Source of the DNA: the human T2T-CHM13v2.0 reference genome, Homo sapiens
DNA: 64,000 nt
Assembly (NCBI RefSeq): GCF_009914755.1
Contig: NC_060931.1
Direction: 5' to 3' (one strand)
In this document: in pieces, positions 30,679-47,003 of the stretch
How positions within the stretch are numbered: position 1 is the first letter of the stretch
Layout: every line of letters starts with the position of its first letter
Position numbers and translations under genes: made by a program
The notes under the pieces: generated by a model
Database searches by the model: none
What the model was told of the DNA's origin: nothing
Seen by the model: the letters and a program-made list of their open reading frames with translations, nothing else

Positions 30679-30707
<29 letters not shown>
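30679..30707. repeat. (AC)14 microsatellite
   Basis: Perfect dinucleotide run. Confidence 0.97.
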
Positions 30708-30708
<1 letters not shown>

Positions 30709-33394
30709 TTTCACACTGATCCTTCGTTCTTAGTCCTGCTCCAACTCTGCTAAGCGTAGCACCAAAATCTAACTCACTTGTTTACATGCCAGAGGAGAAG
30801 GTTGCATCTGCAACTGAAATGAATATAATCTCCAAAGGCTTCTGGTGATGTTGGTGCAAACTGGAAACCAGTTCTCAGATGTCCAGAGCATACTGGCCTC
30901 TAAATTTGTGGTTATGTGCTTGTGCATGTAGAATAAAGTGAAGAAAGTACAGCCAGGGACATGGATCCACCTAAACGATATTGACTTGACTTGGTGAAAT
31001 AAGAAAAGCAAGAAGGGAAGGAAAGAAGAAAAAAAGAAAACTATGAATTGTAATGTCAATGAGGAAGGTTCCTAGAAGAACCAGTTTGGACTCCATGATA
31101 AGTATTTCAAAGATACTCACGCTGCCCTGTAATTCCTGAGATCCTTATACTCCTGACACGTGCTGTGCCTGCTTTACCCATCCCTGGCCTGGGTGGCCCA
31201 ATATCCCCCAATCTGGTCTCTGGTGCTATACCATGAAGCTCTGCGTTGCTGGAGAAAGCCTGTTCTGACCTCCCAGCACTCTACCAGACTACAGTGTCAC
31301 CAGGCCACGCTTTATGCTTGGTGACTTTTGTCAAAGAATGTGCTCAACAAATGTTTGCAGAAGCACCTATCAGCCAGAGAAATGGAACCATGTGTCTCTG
31401 CAGGTGCCTATCTATGTAATCTTTTCATATGTATACTGCTCCAGGCTCTTTTTAAATGTTTTTATCTTTTTTTTTAATTATGAAAGAGAATATATATACA
31501 AAGAAGTATACAACAAAAACGTATACCTTAACAACTTATTGGAAAACAAAGACCAGTGTCACTACCAGCCAGGTGAAGAAACAGAGCACTGTCAACATCA
31601 CAAAAGCCCTGTGGTATTTCCTCCCATCCGCTGTCCCTCCTCCTCAAAGGGGCTCTGAAGTCACCATGTGTGGGAGGTGACATGCAGCCTGCACACTCAA
31701 GCCTGGGTATGGGTGCACATCGGTGTGGCAGCCCCCATGCCTCGCTGTGCTCTGCCACTGTGCTCAGATGAGGCTCCTGCCCAGGTGAGCGCAAAGGCCA
31801 GAGGCTGGGAATCCCAACACAGTGGCTGAGAAAGGAGCCAGGCCTCAGCCATTCTTTTATGATGGTCCTCATCATGGATCCTTTTGTTGACTGTTTTTCT
31901 TCCGATTCATTGTTAGTCTGTTGACTGAAGCCGAGGGTTGAAACTGGGCATTTAGAGCTGTGTTGGGAAGCCTGCTGATTCTGGGAAGGCCTAACCCAAG
32001 TCCCACTGTCACCTGCTGTCACTTTTCAGCTTTCTGGGACCACTCTTCTTTTCTCTGCACTGGCAAGGGATTTGGAATTTCAATTCCTGTGGATCAACTG
32101 CAGATGTGGCGTCTTCACTTTATTCAGCCTGGTGATGTTACCCACTTATAGTGATCATGAGATGTGAGGCTGGGGAAAAGGCTGGTCTCTTCCACACTAA
32201 CACATTAATTCAAGGTTCACCCTCTACTCTAGATGGATGCATACTAAGAAAGTAACATCACTTATGTGCAACTTTACTGATTTAAATGCAAAACTTCTCA
32301 TTGCTTCAACATTTAGCTTCGACTGGTTCATGGTGAGGCCTCAATAAGTGTTTGCTGGATGAATGAATGAACCAACAACAGGCAGAAGAAACACGATGCT
32401 TTCCTTTCCAAGGTTCCCAGTGCCTCCACTGGAGAAGCCCCGAATCCCCAACTCTCAGATGAGTGACTGTGCCATAGACAAGGCTCATCTTTGGGGTATT
32501 TTCTTTCCTTACAGCACCATCTGATCATGTGGCTTGTGGAGCTAAGTCACAGTCAGTCTTTATGGCTGACAGTCTGGGATAAAAGACAGAAACTTGCTCC
32601 TTCTTTGAAAGGGAGATACATTCAGTGTCACCAGCCGGAGACATACCAATTAAGAGAACAGAAGCCAGAAACTTGAGCTATGAAAAGGAACCCACTCAGT
32701 AAAAATGTCAAACACAAGTTAGAGAGTGAATTTCCATTGCAGCCTAAGGGATATTCCAATAAAACAGGTATCGTCTGAGGAGGTCTCCCCCACTGCACTG
32801 TGTGTTAGGTGGAAAACTACTGAGAAAGCAGGGCCGAAACCCACTAATACCCTACCTAAGCAACTTTCCAAATAAAGCCACTACTCCTGGCCGATGGAGT
32901 AGGCTCTGATCCTGTAAGTACAGGATGCGGCCTGACTCTAAGCAGGCAGGTGTGAGTGCGGTGAGGGGAGCCAGGTGGATGAGGCTGGCCTTGCTCTCTG
33001 GAGACGTGCACGCCATCAAACCAGCAAAACAGGACTCACTGAGGGTATGTTTTTTACCCAATTTTAGAGCAGGGAGCATCCACAGAGTAAATGTGGCCAT
33101 GGCCCGTCTGCTCACAGCACTCCTGGTTAGGACCTGCTGTGGTCCGGACAAGAGCGAGCTCTCACGGTGACTGGTTGGTTATTCCAGCAGGAGTTAGGAA
33201 CAAGAAGATCTTGCCAAACAAAATGGGCATAAACTCCAGGTCTCCAGCCAAGGGCAGCTTACTCAGGGGAAACCTTCCAACACTCAACTTTTCTTAAAGG
33301 AGCTGAAAAAGAACAAACCAAACCAAACCAAACCAAAGTTTGCCTTCTTGTGTTTGGGTCACAGAGGAAATACTAAGCTGGCTCTTTACACCTC

Positions 33395-33408
33395 CCACTA
33401 GGGGGCGC
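33395..33408 (+). promoter_or_regulatory. CTCF consensus site (CCACTAGGGGGCGC)
   Basis: 14/14 match to CCASYAGRKGGCRS in unique sequence, with its CpG retained. Confidence 0.75.
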
Positions 33409-33511
33409 TGAAGTGCAACAGACACAGGCTCGGAAAGCCACCTGAACCTTCAACTTCCATGGAGACAGAGGGACGCGACCCACTGGGTAAGGGAACAAAC
33501 GGTTCCCTTAA

Positions 33512-33838
<327 letters not shown>

Positions 33839-34872
33839 TCAGATGAGGATACCACTGCTCCATCTTCTCATTAACCAGTTTTCTTATCCTAACAATGGGG
33901 CCTCTTTGTAGTCCAAGAACAGGGACTCTCCTACAGTGCCTTTGGAACGGAGCAACATTCAGCAAAAGAGATGAGAATGCTCATTTTGTTCTCGTGAGCC
34001 CCAAACACTACTCCAGCCAACTGAGCTAACCAGCTTATGGAATCAGGGAGCTGTCACACATCAGCTGGGGCTTTGGGTGGAGAAGGGAAGAAAGGAAGGC
34101 AGGAGGAAGGGAGGGAGGGACTCTTGAGGGAAGTCAGAGAAGAAAGAGTGAGGGGCGGTGAGGCAGCACCTGAGACTCTTGGTGGTCCCAGACTCTCCCT
34201 GAGCACACCCAGGCTTCCCCTCCGCACCTCTGTCAGTGGCCCTGTGGAAAGCATGTCTGGCCTGGCTCTCATGGAAAGCCTTTGAAGCTTTCTACTCAAA
34301 CCTTACCTGCTCTAGCACTCCCTGCTGACTGAGGCTCCCTCCTGTGCTCTATTCCTACAACGCTAACTATGTCTCTACTGCCAATTCAGCTCTTTCACTC
34401 ATCCTTGCACTGATAGTTTTTTTTTTTTTTTTTAAATAAGAATCATCTATAATCAGCTCCTAGACTGGAAGCATCCCGAGGCCATGGCCTGTGCATGACT
34501 GATCTCTGTACACCTCACAGCACCCAGCGTACAGCCTTGTCTACTGGGGTGAGAGGGTCGGTGTCTGCAGACATTGGGTGTCATTGTTCACACTCATGAG
34601 CTGGAAGAAGCTGTGGTTTCATTATCTTCTTTCCTACCGCCAAGCACTGTGCTAAGAACAGTAAATACCCAATACACAGATGTTTGCTGAACTGAGTAGC
34701 TGATTGTGTGAAGAAGAAGTGAAAACTGGGATTTCTTACTGTTTATTTACTTTTAAGGAAATAAGTGGCTCTTTTAGTTCTTCTCTGATAATAAGGATTT
34801 CAATGGTGAAATGTGAATAGAAACCTATAAAGCTCCACTTTTTAATAGGAGAAGCTTGACATAGGGAGTTTG

Positions 34873-34922
34873 TATCTATCTATCATCTATCTATATCTAT
34901 CTATCTAGATATCTATATATAT
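34873..34922. repeat. (TATC)n/(TA)n compound microsatellite
   Basis: Imperfect tatc repeats. Confidence 0.85.
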
Positions 34923-35734
34923 GCTGAGGAATAGTGGGTGAAAAGCAGGTGATAAAGGAGATACTATTTACCTACCTGAAGAAGAAGAGAGAATAAGTGG
35001 AGATAGGGAGGAGGCAGCTAGGGAGATTTTGAAAATTCAATTAAAAAAAACCCATAAGCAATTAAACCCATAAAAAAACCTGTGAGATGTTTGAAAGAAT
35101 GACAGTGATCATTGGTATGAACAGCTTAGTTTCTTTTTTGCCAAGGAAGAAAAGTTTTGTGGCATCACTGGAAATCAGCGAGGGCCTGCCTGGCAGGCCT
35201 GTCTCTGTAGTGTCAGCTGTGTAAGTAGGTCTTTGTATGGTTGTATTTAGGCTTGTCCTGGATTCCCCCAAGAGATCAAAAGTTCCTTGAGGAGACAGAA
35301 CCTATATTTGCTTCCCAGGGAAGTGCTCAGCTGCCACACAGCTCAGGGTGGTGATGCACACAGCAGGAGTTCAATCAACATTAACCCGCTAAATGGAGCT
35401 AACCAAATTCCACCCCCAGTCTGAAAGGCTCTGACACAGAACTGTCTAGTTCCTTTTCATTTGGCCTCAAAAGGGGTACATTTTTCAAAAAACAAAACAA
35501 CCCCACATACCCCAAAGTTTCAACCTGAGATTCAATTTTGAATTGAAGGCTAAGTGAACAATTCTGCCTAACTCTTTAGTAAGTCTTGCTTGTGTGAAAA
35601 TCAAACAGAAATCTTCCCTCTTCCCTCTTCTGGGTTTCCCTGACTATATAGAGGTTGATAGACTTCAGATGATCACAGAACCCAAAGTTACAGGCCATCA
35701 CTAGGGAGTCACAGTTCAGACCAGGAAATCACTA

Positions 35735-36660
35735 GCGGCAGAGAGAAGCGTGGAGGGAAACGACGTTGCGGCTTTCGGGTTACACAGTGGAAAGGCTGAT
35801 GAAGGGAATACGGCACACAGTCCCCAGCCTTGTTACTTTATCCCCCCGGGATAGCATCAATAGCTTACATGGGAGTGAGCATCATTCCTGCTTGCACCTT
35901 CACGTCCGGTTAAAACGATTCTATTCTGCAAGCCAGAGCTTAGGTTCCATCACTTCCTACCGAGCAACGCCCCCCACCCTTCTCATCAGCCCCGTCTGCA
36001 TCATTACGGAGGACGGAGGACGGCTCTTGGGATTGTCTTGCTTGGCAGTGGAGGGCGGAGCAGAAGGAGGGAGAGGGTGCTGCGGGTTTTTTTTTTCCTT
36101 TCCCCGTATGTATTGTGTTCAGTGTGGACAAATATTTGTGTAGTCTGTATTTACCATTAATACTAGGATAAAGTCATTAGTGATTCGATTTTTCTATGGA
36201 AAGAAGCAAGGCATTGGGCGGGTGGAGGGGGAAGCAAAACCCCAAACGGAAGAACAGAAACTCTAAAAGCTGGCGTCTGAAGGTATTATTCAAAAACAAT
36301 ATGGGAAAAGGCAGCACCATATTTCCTCTGTTCTTCTAAGGGGAAGTTCAGAAAAAGGTCAGAAAGAGAACAATGCAGGCCACATCTATCATAGCAGCCT
36401 CTAACCTAGAGGTGACTTGCCCGCTGCAGCCTCATTTCTCAGTTCTGTAATTACCACCCCTCCCACAGACTGGACACCACAGCGGCCTATGAATTATGCA
36501 TTTCATTTCCACCTCCCCACACCCTGACTCGGTGACCACTGCTGCGGCGGGTGGCTGCGGGGGGCGGGCCGATGCAGCACCCCTTCCCCCAGGTACACGC
36601 GCAAATGTTACAGGGCCCCAGAGCCCCGGTGCACACCCGCAGATGCTGCTTGTGCTGACC
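35735..36660. promoter_or_regulatory. CpG-enriched, repeat-free candidate enhancer or internal promoter
   Basis: About 20 CpG in 35735-36110 and about 12 in 36420-36640; GC boxes at 36053, 36216 and 36561. Confidence 0.55.
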
Positions 36661-37314
36661 TTCAGTTCCCAGCCTAAGATTTTGTTTATTGAGCAAATAA
36701 GACTAGTTACCAGTAGGGATTTTCCTAGGGGAAAACACACTGGGGCACCTTTTCTTCCCCTTCACGTTTTTATTCAGGCAAAATCTGGTTAAAATGAATA
36801 TTAAGGGTGGTCTTGAAGGAGGCAGAGGTGATGTAGAGCCTGAGGGTATGTGTGTGTGTGTGTCTCCTGCTGTTAGAATTCGGGGGGGTGGTTTGGAAAG
36901 TGGGTCCCAGAAATGGATACTGCTGCAGGAACAGGAGCAACCCTGCTCCTCCCTGTCTGTGCCTCTGATTAACTGGTGCCCCTCTCCTACCAATTCAGAG
37001 GGTCCCAGAAAACTTCTGGGGCCACCTGTCTTCACAGGTGCTACTGGTATACCAAAGCAGGGACTACTCTTTGTTCAGAGTGATTTTCCTTTCAAATCTT
37101 TACAAAACGTTAGGTTTAGTAGAGAAGTTGGTTAGGTTTAGTTGCTCGAGCAACTGAGAGACCTAGGAATACCCCTGGAAGCAGACAGGGGTAAGCAGCA
37201 AGCGAAAGGGTTCCCTTGAAAAGCAAGGGTTCTTCTGTTTGGTACACCTCAGTCTATCGCTTGAAGAGGTGGTATGGGTAGGATTTTAAAAAATATTTTT
37301 AAAAAGTGACTTTA

Positions 37315-37668
<354 letters not shown>

Positions 37669-37841
37669 GGATATTTAATTTCTGAGGCTGATCTGGGGAA
37701 CACAATAGTAAGTGGGCTGAATATTAGGTGCAAATCACTATGACATATATTTTATTCCCTTCGGGTTTTTTTTTTTTTTAAACTATTCTCAGGGTTGGAC
37801 CATTTGTTCATAAGGGACCGACTGAGGGTTGTGATCACAGC

Positions 37842-38352
37842 TGTGACAGCCAGCCCTTAAGATGGCCCCTGAGGACCCAGTTCTCCTGGAAGTCAACACC
37901 CTGGTGTGGTCTCCTCTCACACTGAGCAGGGCAAACCTGTGTAACCAATAAGACAGCGCAGAAATGACAATGTGTGGCTTCTGAGACTAGGCTGTAAAAG
38001 GCATGTGGCTTCTGCTTTTGCTCTGCCTTGAATCACTTACTCTGGAAGAGGACCCTCAATGGCCCTGTGGAGAGATCCACGTGGATGGAACCCAGGCCTC
38101 TGGCCAACAGCCAGCTCTGGCTTGCCAGCCACAAGGGTGACCCACCTGGGAAGAACACCCTCCAGCCCCAGTCACGCCCTTGGGTGACTGCAGCCTGGGC
38201 TAAGAGCTCACCGCCACCTCATGACAGAACTGGAGTGGGAATCGTCCTGTCATGTTGCTCCCAAATTCCTGGAGCACAGCAACGGTGAGATAATGTTTAT
38301 TGTGTCAGCCACGGAATTTTGAGGTACTTCGTTATGCAGTGACAGATACTGA
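37842..38352 (+). mobile_element. MLT1 (F-like) ERVL-MaLR solo LTR
   Basis: tgtgacagccagcccttaagatggcccc...ttctgagactaggc...ggccaacagccagc...ccaaattcctg...ttttgagg...gttatgcag. Confidence 0.8.
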
Positions 38353-38587
38353 TTGGGCGTCTCTAAGAGGGGAGGGAGCACGCAGAGAAGCTCTGGATTT
38401 GTGTTTCCAACAAGCCTTAGGTCAGCACCCCCTGATACCCAACACATCACTAGGTCCTCCATCCAGCCCCTGCCCTGCCCTGATGGGAACCAATGAAGCA
38501 CTTTCTAAAAAGGTAGGAGGCACAAGGAAAACACAGCCTGAGGAGGACTTCCAAGCACCCAAATGCAGGCAAGACTGAACGGATGGC

Positions 38588-38901
38588 ATGAAGTTTGCAA
38601 GCTGCTATTCCACAGGATGAACCCGGCACAGAGACAGACACTCTTTGGCCTGCATAGATATTAAATTTTTTCAACTAGCTATTAACATTTAGAACTCAGG
38701 TGATATTCCTAAAAGTTTGGATTTCCTGCTGAAAATCAAAAGCTCTGGCAACTCTGGGCCACTTGTCAGTTCGTGGTCACAATGACCTGGGGCTGGATAA
38801 GGCTGCCCTCTGCACGTGTGTGTCACCAGATGCAGACCTTAGTCATTACCAGCTCACTGACCACCTACCTGGCCCTGGAGGCACTTGAGTTCGTGACTCC
38901 T
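38588..38901. mobile_element. MER102-like hAT-Charlie element
   Basis: tttggcctgcatag...aacatttagaa...ggatttcctg...tctggcaactctgggcc...ggcacttgagttcgtgactcct resembles MER102. Confidence 0.65.
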
Positions 38902-39696
38902 AGGAGAGAGGCGAGCTGGAGGGGGACAAATGAAACACTTACATGAAATCACTGCTTTTAGCTCTATAGCGGGGGCACTGTGGAGAGGTACACAATTTGT
39001 TTTCTTTTATTAAACAAACAAACAAACAAAAAAGGTTTAGCAAACAGCTGCCCCAGAAGGGACTTCTTAGAACTTACAAGGAATGTAAAATGATTATTCC
39101 ACTTTACATTACACAGTGTGAACTTTAAGAGGAGAGATCCGATGTTATGTTTCTGCAATGTTTGTTTATGGAGGTCTTCGTTATATAAGACCTCCGTGGA
39201 GAGGAACTGCAATGCTGGAGTCTCACTTTGCTGATCTGGCTTTCTACTCTAACAATTATTTACAATAACATTAGAGAGGAAGGCTCTGGCGCCATAACTC
39301 AGTGAATATCTGCCGGATTCTTCCCTCCTACAAGATACAATAATATACCCTTTATTGGCCTTCTCCCAATTCTCCATTTGAAACAGGATTATAATCAGTT
39401 TTCAGAGTGGCTTACTCAGGAATTAACTAGCCAAGCACTGGATCACTGCTTCTTGAACAATTCTGTAGTCCTTTGCACATTTTTGGAAAAGGAATGTGAT
39501 GTCAACAGCCTCATGTTCTTGAGAATATCCTTCCTAGGTGGGCAAGTGCTGGGCTGGGGGAGAATGGGGCCTTGTGTTTGCATAAGACGCTGCTCACGAG
39601 TGGCTTTGTATAAGACAGCAGGAGGAAGGCATTCTGTCTGCCTCCCCCTTCCCCTGAGCTCGGGGACATGATTGGATTATTGAGTGATTATGTAGT

Positions 39697-39980
39697 AAGT
39701 TCAATCACTGATATTTATTGAGCTCCCAGCATGTTCAAGACTCTGCTAGAGGGTGATACCAAGTCATGGTTGCTGTTCTCAAGAAGCTTATCATCTCGTG
39801 TACACGTATGGAAAAAGGAATACAGACAGAAATCATGAATGTCAGATGCCAGCTACGTTTAGAGGGAGCAATCTCTCTCATTCAATAAACATGTATTGAG
39901 CATCCATTATGTGCTGGGCACTAATTAGAGAGTGAACAAAAAAAGACAGTCTCTGTTCTCATGGAACTTGAACTCTAGTA
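39697..39980 (-). mobile_element. Two L2 3'-end fragments
   Basis: tatttattgagctcc and cattcaataaacatgtattgagcatccattatgtgctgggcact. Confidence 0.7.
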
Positions 39981-40160
39981 GACCTCAGCGGACTCCACTC
40001 CAGGCTGGGAAGAACAGGAGAGAATTCAAGGAGGCAGAATTTAAATAGAATCGTTAGGTACCACCGACTTCAGAGTTGAGAGAAGGGAGAGGGCACTGCA
40101 GGTAAGAAAACATCATTAACGAAGGTACAGAGGCAGGAAAACACAAAGAAGACTGTTCAG

Positions 40161-40460
40161 GGCCGGCACGGTGGCTCACGCCTGTAATCCCAGCACTTTG
40201 GGAGGCCGGGGTGGGTGGATCATTTGAGGTCAGGAGTTTGAGACCTGGCCAACATGGTAAAACCCCACCTCTACTAAAAATACAAAAATTAGATGGGTGT
40301 GGTGGTGGGGGCCTGTAATCCCAGCTACTCAGGAGGCTGAGGCACAAGAATGGCTTGCACCTGGGAGGCTGAGGTTGCAGTGAGCCGAGATCACGCCACT
40401 GCTACTCCAGCCTGGGTGACAGAGCAAGACTCTGTCTCAAAAAAAAAAAAAAAAAAAAAA
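40161..40460 (+). mobile_element. AluS-type element
   Basis: TSD actgttcag. Confidence 0.95.
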
Positions 40461-40837
40461 ACTGTTCAGGAGAACAAGGAAGTGACACAAGGGCTAGGGC
40501 AGTAGGAGCAAGGGGCAAGTGATACCAGAGCAGAAACAGCGTCACTGTCATCCTCGATGCTAACTCTGGACCTCCTATGCCATGGTGCTGAGGCAGGACA
40601 ACAGCTGCTCTTTGATTTCTTCAGAGAGCAACTACAGACAAAGAGACATTTGTCTGTAAACATGAGTAACTGGAAAATGCAGTGCTGAGGACTATCAACT
40701 GTTACAGAATGGGTGGTGGGATTTAGAGATCTTATGGGACAAATCACACCTCCCACACCGCCATCTCGTATGGTAAAACTCTGACCCATGGACCTCGGGA
40801 AGGAGGCCTCTGCCTCCTGTTACAGACATGCCATTGA

Positions 40838-41331
<494 letters not shown>

Positions 41332-41528
41332 AAAACTGTTTCTTTACTACAGAGACAGGTTTGTGTATGTGCAGCCCAGCTTATTGAATGATAAAGCAGC
41401 AAAACAGAGCCTCAATGACACAGGGGCTGCCAGGCCCCTGTTCCTATAGGTTTAACAGCATGAGATACACATAAAAGCTGCTGCTATACAAGTGAGGCTC
41501 TTAAACATCATTAAAAACACATATTTGA

Positions 41529-41851
41529 GGTTAGGCACAGTGGCTCATGCCTGTAATCCCAGCATTTTGGGAAGCTGAGGCAAAAGGATCGCTTGGGCCC
41601 AGGAATTTGAGACCAGCCTGGGCAACACAGCGAGACTTTGTCTACAAAAAAAAATCAAAACATTAGCCAGGTGTGGTGGTGCACACCTATAGTCGCAGCT
41701 ACTCTGGAGGGTGAGGCAGGAGTACTGCTTGAGTCTGAGAGGTTCAAGCCAAAGTGAGTCATGATCACGCCACTGCACTCCACCCTGGACGACAGAGCAA
41801 GGCCCTATCTCAAAAACAAACAAACAAAAAACCCCCAAAAAACCCCAAAGC
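41529..41851 (+). mobile_element. AluJ-type element
   Basis: TSD aaaaacacat(a/c)tttg. Confidence 0.93.
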
Positions 41852-43229
41852 AAAAAACACATCTTTGGAACTGTTTAATGCATTTAGGGAGCATGGAGTC
41901 CTTATGGTGGTCTGTTATGGGCTTGAGGCTTCACCAAGCCCCTGTGAAAACTCTGAGTGCTGTCTCCATGGCGGGGTTGCAGTCAGTAGCAAGATAACAA
42001 AACTCAGATGGGAAGGACAAAGCGCAACATGGACGCTCACGAGTCCAGCCAAATTCTGAGTGCTTAAGAAGAGGCCTGTTCATTACGATATTCCTGGTAA
42101 TATCAACTCTCAAACTACTCCTTGGATCACCTACCCAATATTTATTTTTGGGAACAGTTTAAATCAAGAGAAAAGCTATTAATAAGTTAAATAAAAGCTG
42201 TTGAAGGGATTCCTGCGAGTGGGAGGTTGAATAGGGTGATTTCTAAAGCCCTTGCCAACACACAATCTAGGATTCTATCACTGCCTTCCTCCCGATCCCA
42301 TGCAATTACATATTCACAGGCGACAAAGAGCAATAGAAAATAGCTAATTCACATGAAGGGCTGCTCTGACTGTGGGGGGAATTCGCTTGGATAAGAAAGT
42401 GTCCCTAGGAATTAGGGTCCCCAGCCTGGAGCTGAGTATTGATGAGCCAGTTACTGAATTCTCAGTGCCCATAAGGTGCAGAGTTGATGACAAGGATCAC
42501 AGTCAGTTAAGGGACCACAGTCATGACAAATACAAACCAGAAAATAGTTCAGAAAAGGGTTGAGCAGGCACACAAATAAATTCAGAGCAAGCGAAGCTAG
42601 TTATGATAAACAAACAAATGTCAGTCTTCCCTTTGGGACAAAGACGTAAGTTGCAGTGGAGCCAGTAGAGAGTGAATGGGGAGGCCCTGTGCAAGAGGCT
42701 CCCGCCGGGCAAGGAGGCTGCTGCCTGCAGTTCTGCAGGTGGCTGTAGACAGAAGGCGTGTGGGAACCTGCACAGCAACTCTGTCTTCCTCTGGAGTCTT
42801 TCCGCTTATCCGACGTGGCAGGGTCTTCTTGGCTCTTGCTTCTGAACATGCTCACTTCCTCTTTCTTTTCTCCTTGGCCCTTTCTCTCCTTCTTCCTTTA
42901 AGGTGGCAATGCTTGTCCCTGCTCCCTGCCCTGCACTGATGGACGCACAAGTGGAGGGGTCTACACACCCCTCTTTCATTTCCTAAGCAACCCACAAGTC
43001 CAGGTGAAGATGTATGATTACATTTGTATTTTGGAAACATAATGATTGATTGTGGTTATGATTTTAAAGGAAGGGCACACTCTTGTAATGGGCAACTGGA
43101 GAATGAATTAGGGTCAAGAAGGCTCAGGGTGGGGAGGCAAGTCAGGAGGCCTATATGATAATTGGATGATCATTTAACCATGGATGAGGAGACTCGTGCC
43201 AGGGAAGCTGGAAAGGCTGCACTCACACA

Positions 43230-44635
<1,406 letters not shown>

Positions 44636-45378
44636 TAGGTAGTGATTATGCTGTTAGGGTGGCTTGTGTTGACCCAAATGTTCCTTCAGACCTCGTCCAT
44701 TCGATTTTTCACTGTATTGGTCCCAAATCCCCAGGCCTTATCTACGCTGAGCTTATCAGACTTCACCTTCAGCTGCACATCTCTAGACAGAGACAGGACT
44801 GGCACATTCTGCCTCCACCCAAATGATTCTTGGCCATCATCCCCTGCCTGGGTAGACCTTTACTCTCATTGGCCTCTGGATTTACCCAGTGCTATCTCTG
44901 CACAATGTTCAGTTTCAGTTCTTCCTGAGGAACTTTTTGATGCCTTCCAGAAGGCTCTTCTTTCCCTTCACACACCTTCCATTAAACTGTAAGAGTCATG
45001 CCAGGCACTTGTTTCTAGGTGTAGCAGTTTAATCTCTCCAATTAAGCTATAAGCTTCTTGATTAAAACAAAAACAAAAACAGAAACATGGCACCTTCCTT
45101 TCTTGGACAGCTATCACTGAACACAGTGTTACACAATAAGTGCTCACGAAAACACAACTGATTGACTTATTTTGTGTCACACCATGTGACTGGCCACCAT
45201 CCTTCCAGATGCCCTTTAAGAGGTCTGCACAGGGATCAGGAGACCTGGGTTCTCCACATGACCTTGTCACTATCTACTTTGTGTTCCTGGTTGAGTCACT
45301 TAAATGTTATGAGCCTAAGTTCCCTCAGCCATAAGATGGTAGCAGCCATTCCTACTTGATCACCTTAAGAATCAATAG

Positions 45379-45677
<299 letters not shown>

Positions 45678-46968
45678 TTAATTAACTCATTCACTCACTC
45701 AAATCATTCAATGTATGTATGCTACACAAATGGCCATGTTATGAAATGAAGATGAGCCAAGAGTTTTCAATTCCACTGAATTATTTTCAGGGAAAGTGAC
45801 TTCATGAGAAGTAGGAAAGCGAAAGCAAAATTTTCTCCATAGAAACTAATTTAATGCCCACACTAGTTTAACCTATTTTATAAACCAAATACCAGAAATT
45901 TGGACAGAGAAGAGTCTTTGACAATATACAACCTAGGTAGGAAGAGGAGACAGTCAGAGTTCTGGTAGGTACGGCAGAGTTGGGAGGTGCTGTGAAGGTG
46001 GGGATAAGATCTTGTTTTGTACATCCTAATTCTGAGTGCCCTTTTATTACAACTGCTTTCTGCCATCTCCTTCAGGCAAAACCCCAGGTTGCTGAAGTGC
46101 CTGCTAATTTTATATTGGAAGGCCAGTTCTGGGTCACTGCACTACTAGTCTTTCTCAACCAGGGTTTTCTATCTGAACTACAGAGCACAGAAAATGATCT
46201 GTGTGACTGTAACCTTCCTATATACCACTCTCAGTGGCCAGGAGAGGAGTCGATTCACTACAATGGATGTCTTAAAGCAGGAGGGCTTATTTCTCCCTGG
46301 GAACCCTAGTTGGGGAAGGCTAAACACTGACTGATGGACATATTTCTCGCTGAGGCCGACATGTGGTATTGGCATTGGCTGACCAAAAACAATAGGGCCC
46401 TGTCTCTGCTGCAAGGGGGCCGGGAGGGATTTTTTCACTGAGGAGCACTACCTTAATGAACTCACTTGCTTTTCTATGCCGCTTGTGTCCACATTTCCCT
46501 CACTGCCCTACTTCTTTCCTGGGACTGTCTCTCGTCTTAACCCTTTCCCTGCCACGCATCACAATTAGGCCATTCAAACCAAATTTTCTACTCTAAAAGC
46601 ATTCACAGATATGCCATTTCATGCAGCTGAAGATTCAACAGGCATAATTTAATAACATCCGATTCTTTCTGCACCCTTCAAGTAGGAGCAGCCTTTTTTG
46701 AGTCCATCTTTTTGGTAGGTTCCCTGGCCCTGAGCCGCGGGGGTCAGATCTCCAGCCAGAAGACCCAGCACAGACCCCCGGCTGCAGCTGCAGCTTGTGC
46801 ACGGATAGAGAGAGATTCCTGCTTGGGCTATTAGTGTCCCAGGTCTGGACTCTGGTTAATATGGTCGTCACTGTCACCTCTGCTGTTGCTATCCTATAGT
46901 CTCTGCAGTAGGCATTCAGTTTTCTCTTTATTCCCTGTCCTTGGCCTATGCCTTGGCCTATGCCTATG

Positions 46969-47003
46969 CCCTTTAAAGGAAGACAGACCCTTCCTTTAAA
47001 GGG
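46969..47003. repeat. Perfect 14-bp inverted repeat with a 7-nt loop
   Basis: ccctttaaaggaag-acagacc-cttcctttaaaggg. Confidence 0.95.
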
